Assembly (NCBI GenBank): GCA_004764695.1
Contig: SMSO01000031.1
Location: forward strand, 2,642,436 to 2,706,435
Length of the DNA: 64,000 bases
Origin: Schizochytrium sp. TIO01
Taxonomy: Eukaryota > Protista > Bigyra: Labyrinthulomycetes
Direction of reading: 5' to 3'
Under the pieces are notes generated by a model. That model saw only the letters and a list, made by a program, of their open reading frames with translations, was not told where the DNA came from and did no database searches. This document shows, piece after piece, positions 9,301 through 19,827 of this stretch (within the stretch, counting starts at the first letter, position 1; each line of letters begins with the position of its first letter). The position numbers and the translations under genes are program-made.

Positions 9301-11700
9301 ACCTCTTCAACCATCGATTCAAGTTATACCATACTTGGATGTAGGTAATTGTATAGTCACACTTTTGGTTCTTGGCTCTGGTAGCCACATGAATCTGGCT
9401 GCATACTCTTGATCTGTTATAGGCCTATGTCTGCGAGGGTTTCACACAGGGACGCCAAGAACTATAGCAATGCCCTGTCCACTAGTTCCTTCAATGGGAG
9501 ATCTCAGCAAGACTCGAGCAGTAGTAAATCTACTTGCTATTTTGAATGTCAAAATCAGCAGGAAAATACACAGAAGCTAATGCGAGTTGCTAGGTGCGCT
9601 GTAGTAAGCTAGGCGTCCACTGAGATTATGAAAGTAATTTATTTTGAGGATGGAGAATATCTAGAAAGACTTTATAAGATCAGGATATTGTGTTAGCGAT
9701 CAACTCGACGCAGGAGTGAGTTCCAAAATAAAGAATTTTAGATTAGATTTTGGCATGCATGGAATGTGTACCAAAGGACTGAAATGTCTAGTTTATTTCA
9801 CATCCTCGACCTTCAGCTTAGTTTCTTCCTATTCACTTTGTATAACTGTGTGTGAACCTGAAATCCTGGATATCTTTACTTCTCAATCTCATATTTGGTT
9901 GTTCCAGATTTACCGATAAGCTAACCTGAGCTCTGCAGGACCTACACTTCTGCACCAAGTATGCTAGCATTGTCTTCCCTACACAATCCTCCCATATGTT
10001 TAGCGGCATTAGACACAATGATTTCTACTAAAAACTACGACCAAAGGCCTAGCATTAGAGGATGCATTTATGACTCATTGGAAATGGGTAAAAGTCCAAG
10101 GACATGAGATATTGCACAAGAGCATCATCTTGCAGTGGGCTGATAGCCTGTGCACTTTCTACAGATAATTGTGCTTAAGCTTTAATATATGAGCTTGTTA
10201 GATCTACATAAATCAATCACTGAAAGAGTACGAAAGTTGCAACATATCACAAGTTCTTCACAAACCTATAAGCCCAACGTCCAGAACAGGCGCTTAAGAG
10301 ATTGCGTATGAATTCTACCTGAGTTTTATCAAGGCTATAGATGCGCCTGACTATCTGTTACAAGTTAATCTCTGATTATGCAGAGGTTGACTGGGAAGAT
10401 GAAGGCAAGTGGCTTGAAATGCATGATAATACTGAAGAAGACGTTGTATAAATATAACTTAAGCGGGCTGCCGACCTTGAAGATGAACACCCAGGTGGGC
10501 TGGTTCATATTAAATCAGGAAACAAAGGCAGACGTCATCTGTATTCCTTAGAACTCAAGGAGCTAGGGGAACTCCTTGCCTGAACCGCTAATTCTGGTTT
10601 GCTCTTACCTTTATCAAAGGGTCATGTACACATGGCAGTTCCCCAAGACTCTATCATAAGTCATAAATAATCACGACTTGTATAAGTAGAGGACGTGACT
10701 ATCAAATACGAGGGTGTGAGACGAATCAATGTCAGCAGATCACTAACTCTATACCGCCAACAATAAAATTACTTCATAAGTCTTGTCATGTTTTCCATGT
10801 TTCTTCCTTTCATCTTTCCAGTTACCTCTGGCTGCCGAGAGATTCGCTTTCAGCATATATAGTAGTGCAATGCCACTCTTGAATTCCTTGGCCTCAGAAC
10901 TTTATATCTGATAGTAAAGTCCTTCATAATTTTCAGTACTATAATAGTATGCCAAGGACTTTGGCAATACTTTGTTCACATGATCCTTCTTAACCTTCTC
11001 GGTAACGTACGTAAAAATGAAGTATAGTGGAACTGAGAACTTATGGAATAGGGTTAGCATGAACTTTAAAATGTTGAGAGATCTGCAAAGCATGCCAAAG
11101 CTCCTCTGTTGCAGGATCTACCATGGTTTCCCTACGAAATGCCTCTCTAATGCCAGCAATAGTCTGTCTCAGAAGCATTTACTCATCTATTTTTTCTAAA
11201 GCTTTTTACTAGTGCACCCTGTGATTTTTTCTGAAAGTCATTTCCTACCTAGCAAGAAGGTTGAATGGGAAAACGAAGACAAGACGCTTAAAAGCATAAT
11301 GAAGACTTAAGAAGGCATTTAGATACGTATATATTCAGGATTAACCTTGGAGATAAATACCCAAGCTTACATCTCGGAGACGAAACATAACCGCAGAGGC
11401 TAGTTTAATTTGTTTCTTTAACTACTGGATTCGGTATTGTTCTTGCATATCCACTTGAATACCATCAATCTTTCGACTCTTTGCTTCACGCATAGTATGT
11501 ATCGGATTGCCCAGTTCTAATTCTATGTAATTCCAAGTTGTTTGAGGACTTTCATCGACGCGGCAAAAACTATGCTCTGTCTTTACCGCACAGTCTTGTC
11601 TGCACAGCCCTTGAAATGGTGATTTGGCAGGTCTTGATAGTCATCAGGATTACGACAATCTGCTGCTTACTTTTGGCAGTTGCAAATCATAATTATAAGC
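6400..11700. pseudogene. Extended mosaic of decayed ROCO-like (LRR-ROC-COR) gene fragments in alternating orientations
   Basis: LRR bits TSIGDLR (6495) and HSIGDLSS (7199). ROC G1/G2 remnants RVHK*FLMEQ/ARVGTMS (6725-6780) and KSTRGINI (6919-6942). A second ROC remnant with G1-G2-G3 in order at 9628-9780 (MKVIYFEDGE..KT, ST.GV, RLDFG..VYQ). VDWEDEGK-type block at 8391(-), 9121(+), 10384(+), 10803(-) and 11259(+). SDCPVL at ~11500. Confidence 0.65.
8025..9510. repeat. Diverged inverted repeat: arms ~8025-8450 and ~9085-9510 (~420 bp each), ~630 bp spacer
   Basis: The reverse complement of ttgccttcatctttacagtc (8391-8410) matches gactgtaaagatgaaggcaa at ~9126. Shared exact words include gaactgctgtcct, ttccaggacagatg, ttagagataatcgatgg, caaccatcgattcaag, agggacgccaa, tgtccactagttccttc and agatctcagcaa. 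Roughly 70-75% identity by eye. Confidence 0.9.
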
Positions 11701-12129
11701 ATCAGTGCCAGTAATCCTTCAAACGAGCGAACCTGGCTGAAGTAGTTAGACCAGTCCAATATAAAATCCGATGTATTAGAAGAGAAAGCAGAGTTATTCA
11801 ACTTTAGCGAAAGTCTTGCTCACCTTTGACTGATTATTTAGCAAGCTCTGACTTCCTGTCCAAAATATGCAAGTCTCTGATTTAATTTTCAGCTACTAAG
11901 AGTTTTCTTTTTGCTTTGTTTGGTGGCTTCTCTTTGCTGGGCAAGCACCGGCCGGGCTCGTACAATAAGCACCTAATTGCTTGAATGGAGAGAACATTAA
12001 ATGTCGAACTTTAAGTTGTACTACGACAAAATTGCAATATGTTCAGAAAATAGGTTCTAAGTTCAAAATTTTGCCGCAGAAATGATTGACAGTGTCATCC
12101 TTCTCTCAATTCAGCAATGCTCATTAGTG

Positions 12130-13990
12130 TAAAGTCTGCTGGGTGCTTTAAAGCTACAAGTTTCTAGTTGCGTGCACTGGTTGCAGCTTGAAAAATCTTC
12201 AAAGTACCACAATTGTTGGATGGATGATTGCTGCATTGCCAAGAGCAAAGGTCACAGGGTTTCAGGTGCAATCTAAACACGACGTTATAGCGCAAACGCG
12301 TGAGAGGCTTCGCCATGGATCGCGCTTAGGCACAGCTACATGAAAGCTTTTTAGATAAATCTGATCATTTAAACCCAATCGTGTCTTTTCAGAAAGTTTC
12401 ACCTCAATGAGCGACGTTGGAATAAAGAGTAATTGAGTTACCCAATGCGATGGTAATTGGTGTAGCACAGCTTACATGCAATTTCCTCAACACGTTCTTG
12501 AAGATTCTCTCATAAATAAAGCAATGGCCAGAGGATGCTATCATCCATTTAATGAGTTCTTGCTACCTCGATCTAGACGATTGTTACGACCCTGGAATGC
12601 TGTAATCTTGAAATTAAGTGTGAAACCAAATTTCTACTACTACTAAGCGTTGGAGCCTCCTACACTTAGTAGATTTCAACTAATTGCCTCCGATAGAATT
12701 AAAGTAAGACCACATCTTTAGATGTTTCAACAATATCAATACTTACTGAATAGAGTCTTCCAATCACGCAAACTCTCTTAGCAAAGGAAGGGAAAGATAG
12801 AGAGAACCTATTATTCGGCAAACAACAATAAATGATTAGTAGCACCCACCAATCTTGACCATTGTCTTGGGAGCGTAACTTGAACCGGCTCGTTAAGTCT
12901 AGTTTCTAGTCAGAGAGTCTAAAGTTTCTGTCTTTTTCTTAATTCCTACCAGCAAGTGATAGGTAATGAGTTAGCAAATCTTTGCCCCCCCTCCCCCTAC
13001 TTCCAAAAGTTTTGAACATCCACACGCTCAAGATCTGGGATTCGTATTTCATCGCGCAAAGCAAAATCCAGTTCGATGGTTGATATTCTACTCCATGATG
13101 ATTGTAATTATATGTACAGGCTGCACTATAGTCAAGGGTGGGGTAGCTACTACACGTGCTGACCAAAAAGATAAAATGAAAAATCTCAAGAATCTTAATC
13201 TCTTTTATAGAGGATTCTGCATACAGAATTGTTCTGGATTGAGATTTCAGTATTGCTAGGAGTCGCCTCTGACTAGTGAGAGTGGCATCCACCTTAAAAC
13301 ATTGGGAGAATACATAAAAAGTATTAGGAGAGTCAGAATCTTTACTCTTTCATACAAGTCTGGTTACACTTCTTGGTGTTCCTGTTTCAAATATGGAACC
13401 GGAAGCGGAAAGGTTTGGTGATATTTTACTCTCTACAGGAATCATAATCTGAGCCGGCTGCAAAAATATATCTGCCAGCAGCTATACCATGTGAAAATTA
13501 AGTTTCTACACATTCAGGGCCTTCCTAATTTATAAAGGATAACATAAATGGTAACGTGCTAACGTAACGCCTTCTTCATCTATGTTGGCTGATGGATAAC
13601 ACCGTACAATCTTAACATATACTCAAATCCGTTGACATTGCTTAGGCTTTCAGAAGTAATTACGCTTTCGAGTGTAAAGGCTCCAATTGTTTCTTGGAGA
13701 AGGACTCTCAATTCATTTGGATTCTTCATTTCATTTATAGAATTCGTGAAGCAAGATCGATATAAAATTAGCATCTTCTTCAGAGTGCATCCTTCATCAG
13801 AGCAGTTCGTCTTCATATCAAATTGAAGGTGTTGAAATCCACTGCAGATCATAAGCTCTTGTGACATCGGGAGCAAAGTAATCCTATTTACTGAGGTAGC
13901 ATTCCTTGGAATGTAATTCATGCAGTGCGTTTTCCATTCGGATGCGAAAAAAGAAATTATATGGTCCAACAGACGAGGTATTATCAAACT
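12130..13990. pseudogene. Decayed leucine-rich-repeat gene fragments
   Basis: Plus-strand LRR-like peptides between stops: SLKNLQSTTIVGWMIAALPR (12185), IKQWPEDAIIHLMSSCYLDLDDCY (12516), MKNLKNLNLFY (13176), HLKTLGEYIKSIRRVRIFTLSY (13290), KIKFLHIQGLPNL* (13494). The minus ORF 13580-13987 contains ELRVLLQETIGAF. Confidence 0.5.
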
Positions 13991-16900
13991 CGGTAATCCA
14001 ATCTCGCTTCGTGACTCTCAATCTGAAACGTAGCTCTGTATTGACCCTTTTCTAATGAAAAACCAAAAAGGAATGGTACCAATGAACTTAAAGACTGGAG
14101 GGAACTTTAGTCTCCGGGATAGGGGAAAATTTTCAGTGCTCATTGTTGCTACTGTCTGAGATGCTAGGCGGCATTTTCCAAGACTAATTCTTGCTACAAC
14201 AGCAGCGCATCCAACAAAAATAAAGAACGCCAGATTGCATCTTGCTTTTATTAAGTGGTTTTTTAACAACCAGCATACTTTATGTGAGATCACGTTCCAG
14301 CCTGTTTTAAGTCGGGCTACCATAAAATATTATTTTGATTAAATCATCATTTGAAGTTAGTATTACGTGTGTAGTTTTACATCTTTACTACAAGTGCCAC
14401 TATCATTCTTTCTAATTTCACCTTTTTGCATTAAATTATACTTCATAATGAAGTAGCCATATCTGTCATTCGAGCTTGCTGAATCTTTATAGGTAGTACC
14501 GTAATCCTACTATTCATAGATACATCTTTAATTGCTCTTTCAAAAATGAAATAAAATACAAAGAATGAAGATCGCCAACCAAAATAAGGCCATTCTATTC
14601 ATGTTTACCAGGCCTGGTAATATTAGAAATAAAAACGAGATAGTTTGTTTGCCAAAGTCAGACCATTGCATCACGATAAACTAAATATTCCAGAAAAGGG
14701 CCTTTTCAACTTGGACGATGAAGCAACTGATTATTTGGCTGCTTACAGTGTTGGGGCGGAGCTTTATTATTAACTAAAAAGGTCGCCAAACGTAATGCTT
14801 ACATGTCGTAGACAAACGACATGAACCACAAAATTCTCGCTGAGCCCGATGTAAAGTGAATCATGGTAAACGTTTACTCGCTAATTCCTGAGTAACAGGA
14901 CCGTCCTGGATTTACTGCGCTAGGAAGAAAGTAATCATTGAACGTGACAAGGCAGGCATTATTTGTTTACAAATCTTCAAGTTATACTCCAAAAGAAAGG
15001 GCAGTCAAGTTCAGGTGGGACGTTTGGTTCATGCTCAGAACACATGGGCCCGGGAAGAAAACTACAACTCGTATTCAAAAAATTTAAGTAATACTGGTAG
15101 TAGTGTCTTGCGCTGACATTAAAATACTTGTAGTTAGGATAGGAAACAAATAACGAATGAATGGGGAAGACTTCCGATGCTGGCGATTAGCCTTTGTCCC
15201 ACGTCTTAGCAACAAACTTTGGTAAAAATATAATTATTACCTTGAAGGAAAAGAAGGTAAAAACCTATGAAATCGACGTTTGACTAGCTCCTTCCATAAG
15301 GATAAGGAGATTGCAATAGAGAAAAAGAAAGAAAGAAAAAGAAGAAAAAAAGTTATTGCACGCCACAGTTTTTATAGCTTGGATTGGCAACAGTCATTAT
15401 CGATCGTGTGGCCTACCTTCTGTGGCGTTAAAGGACCCTTAATTATCAACAAAAGATGCAATTGTGGGTGCAAGTGCCAAATACTTTTTAGAGACTTGCC
15501 ATTATCACTTCAAACAAGAGTTGCGATGCCAAACGGAAACTTGAGCTTCGATCTTTACACCTGTCAGATCTCAACTTCGTGTGCAGAGTCAACTTGAAGG
15601 TCAACACACCAACCAGGGACGCCCTGGCTTTCACCGTAATTTATTCCATTCTAATTGAATCCTTAATGGTTACGCTGCTAGTACCTAAAATATGCGCAGG
15701 AGAAGCTTTGACAGGGACGCGAGTCACTTAATTAAGAGTTCGCAGCACTTGGCTTCAGAATTGATCTTTCATCCTCGTCGGAACTTCGTGGTTTCCCAAT
15801 AAACATTGCCACAGCTCCCCGTCGGGGACGCCTGGGGCCTGTCAGAACTTCCACGGACGGTCACCAATATTATTTAAATTAAAAAGATAGCAACAACAAA
15901 AACTTGGCTCCTGGCCGAAATCGGGTGGGTGATAACCTCTTTCAGGATCGAAGTTAAAGTTCAAAATCAAAGGCCATCGTTTCAAATCTCACTTGAGATC
16001 AACAGAGATCTTTCGCCTGCCCTTTCTCTACTTGCATTGCTTTCTCCTTTATTTTGAGCGGAGCCTCTATCGCGAATTTGACTTATGGAAGGGAAGCATG
16101 CTATCTACCTGGAGAAACAAAAGAGGGCAAGCTTACAACGTAGATATCATGAGTAGGCCCACATACAAACTATACGGTAGTGCACACGATCGTAAGAAGC
16201 TTACCAAATAACTACTTAGCAGTTGGTGATCGATCATCAGTCAACCTTGGCGTCTCGCAACTGATCCGATTTAAAAGGTGCCTACTGATGTTAAAATTTT
16301 GCTATCATACTATAAATAAGTCAGTGGCGTGGGTTCAAGTTGCTGCTCAAATACTTGCTACTGGCATTTCAAGGTGGACTCCAATTTGCTTTTTCTAAGC
16401 TCTTCAATTTGGAGCCCCCCAACAGAAAAACTTTTTCACCCACCATTGCCACTGTTATTTCTAGGGGCAGGCCGAGGATGCCCAAACATGCGGAGACTAT
16501 CTCCGAGTAGGGGAAGCTGCAACTAATATGGTATCTGTCGTTGTATCATGGTATTTAGATTGGCTAAAAAATGTAATTAATGCTGCAACTTCGATCTTCA
16601 ACAACCAAGTTATTTGCATAGATACCTAGCTAAAGCATGCTCCCTTCTGCTGCCTCTGCCAGTGCGACCGAACTTCACCAGAGGCTTCCCGCGAGGTCAA
16701 AGTTCTGTTAACTAACTCAGAAGCAGAAGTTGGCTTTCGCGTGGGCTGTTTCGAAAAAAACCACCTGTAGGAAGCAATGCTAAGGACTTGGTAAAAACTA
16801 ACACTTTGGCAAGAAGGAGTAGAGGATGACATCCTGTTTACAGCTTCTTTGTAGCGAAGCTATATCTGCTTTTGCCTGGAGCTATTTTGATGAATTGACA

Positions 16901-19425
16901 TCTGATGATACAGGCGACACTTTGCCAATTTGTAGTGCTGGCGTTTTAATTGCCTGTTATAAAAAAATGTGAATCATCCTTCAACGATTGTCGCATAGAA
17001 GGGTCAATCAATGTAACCATGATGGCGACTGACCACGAGAATGTGGTTAGCCTCGAATCTTAGCTTGCATCTAAAAATCGTATTTTCTTGTACTACGGAC
17101 TCAGGAATGGGTGTAGTCGGATATGTAAAAGAGCACCTCTTCATATTAGGTATTAGGTACACACAGATATCTATTATAATTTTAATTAATAGGGCTGTTT
17201 ATTATATACTAGTATAATATTCTCTATTTTTTTTTAAATTGAGAAAGATAGAAGAAATTCATCGTTACTAAAGATGAACATAAACAGCATAGGTAACTTG
17301 AAACTAGTAGTAGTTTCTACCATACCCTTTCTCTTTGGTGTCTAAACGTGCTTTAGATAAATAAGGTGGAGGAAGTAACAGCAATATTTATCGTTGCATT
17401 CTCCATTCAAGAAAGTGATATCTTCACTCTCACTATTCCTATCCATAGTTTTACTTAGATTCAAGTTCGTATTTTTAACTCTGCTCCTTGAGATGGTTGT
17501 TTTCTTCGTTTGGAAAGGAAGTAGAAGAGGCAAAGATAGAGAGCTGCATGTTTGAGTTATTTAGATATTGCACTCCGCCAAAACCAGCACAATTCAATTA
17601 ATCTAATATTTGCCATTAAGTCCGTAACTAATGTAAACAATATGTTTGGCAGATCAAGCTTACAGAGTTCCGTGGGAGAATAAATTTCTTAATCTCCTAA
17701 AATCGTGTCTTTGAAAATTGTTTTCGGCTGTCATTCCAAATACAATCTTTCATTAGCGAATGAATTGTGATATAACTTGAATGCTATTTAGGTTCTTAGA
17801 CTCCTTTTATACTGCTCGAATCAGCCAGTTAAATCTAGGAAAAAACACTTGTATAATCCATTTCCCCTCTTTCAATCTTTTAGCTGTGCCGCTCGATTAA
17901 ATAAAACCGCGCGTTACGTGCAAGGCCGGCCCTACAATGAAGTGCTGTTGGCCATCTGAGGATTATCATAAATATTGATTTCATGGTAGCCGTGGTAGTG
18001 ATTTGAAGGAAGAAAGCTGGAATAAAAGAAATAAACAAGAATAGAAAGTACCAACTTTCACTTAAAAATAAATAAAAGAGTTGGCAAATTAGAAGTACAT
18101 GAATGAGAATATTGACCATATCAATACTTGAAAACTACGGCAATGCAAATAGCGAGAAAACACTGTTACCTCTAGTCCGTCAGGTACACAGTAATTCTAT
18201 TTCGAAACAAGATGGCCTACAAAGAAAATGTATTTTTGCATGCATCCATGAGAACTTTCGCCCGTAGAACAGGCGATAGCTGTAGCTTTAAGTTCCTTCA
18301 TGCCACTTTTGCGGAGCAAGAAGCTGAGCAAAATGTAGAGCGTTGAGAGATGACTGAAGTCTGTGAAAGTTCTTCCATCCATCCTGTGACTAAATTCCTC
18401 GTGCTTTTCTCTCCACGGAAAAGGTTGGCGGAATGAACAGTATTCAGGATCGCTCCAAGGTATCCGAAGACGATCTTTATGATATGTACCGTCGCATGAT
18501 TTGTTGTATTAAACAATGATGCTTATTTTCGGTCCTAAAGAAAAAAATGAAGAGTTGAAGCCCCCATTAGCGTTTCAAAAGCAATAGACAGAATTTATAT
18601 AAATAAAACTGCAAGGTTGAAATAAAAAAACATTGAAAGAGTGAAGAAGTCTCTTTGGGGATTGGGCAAACGATTTTCTACAGTAATAGAAACTTTGTTC
18701 AATTTCGTAAACAATACAGGTAAGCTGGTTATTTGTATTGCATGTGCGGTTCCCCTTCACGAGTATCACGATGTCGTGGTTGTTTTTAAAAAAAACTATA
18801 TTCTAGGATATCTGGAAATGCTTGGCACATTAGATGCACTTGCAGTATGTTGTTCCTATATAGTGCTACTAGTACTTTTAACGATATATTTTGCATATAA
18901 GAATAACTTCTCTTCTACAAAAATGAAAAGAAAAAGAAAGATATCCACGAGAATATGATAATAAAATCATTATAATGCCCTCCTATTAAAGCTAATCAAG
19001 CCTACTATAACTATTAGAATCAAGACATTAAAAACCGGCAATACTAAATAGCCAATATAATTGTTTTTAAGCAGCTGAATATTTTTCTCTCGTTGAATTG
19101 GCCGCAGGAAAAGAAAGGGCATGCGCCGCACAATACGGCGACCGGAAGTCGACATTGCAACCGCACTTCTCAGGGCCTTGAGGGGCTCGGTGTGGGAACA
19201 ATAGCTCCCTCCTGAAAATCTTAAGAAGACTCTGGCTTTTGCATGGTTATCAACGCAGCATGCTCGCTTAAGATGAAGTAAAGACGAAGTAACCTCATAT
19301 TGAGCTGATGCCTGAGTCTGCTAGATCTTCGTTTCAATTCCCGAAGTGTTGATGCCTTATATTTAATGCCTATTGCTAAGCTCTCGTTTTCTAAACTTTA
19401 ACAAAGGTTCAAGCAACGCAGCTAG

Positions 19426-19827
19426 AGGCAGGATGAGTGCTCCAGCGACAGTGCGGACGCCTACGATCCTTTGGCAGAGGAGCTGGAGGCAGAGGACTTG
19501 GCGCTAGTGCGGAAGCAACGAAAAGGGGGAATTCTTCTGGTACTGTATCCACGCAAGGATATTGGAACAGCTGTGAGGTTGACAAGATCTATTTCAGAAT
19601 GCATGCTAGGCGCCCCTCTGCGTACGGCTACGCTCGAGGACGTGAAGGAGGACCTCATCAATACCTCCCGATTTATCCTTGTTCTTGTCAGCTCAAACAT
19701 AAATGTTTATGATAAGAAGACTCATGAAGAGTTGCGTGCGCAAGAAAACAGCGAATATAAAAAACTTACAGACCAAACAGCAGAATCAAACCAACTGGAA
19801 TACCACAAGCAATCAAGAGGGCAGTGA
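19426..19827 (+). other. Protein-like open frame without an upstream ATG (isolated exon or gene remnant)
   Basis: About 133 open codons with natural-looking composition (DAYDPLAEELEAEDLALVRK...LEDVKEDLINTSRFILVLVS), preceded directly by an in-frame TAG that could be a splice acceptor. No family recognised. Confidence 0.3.
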
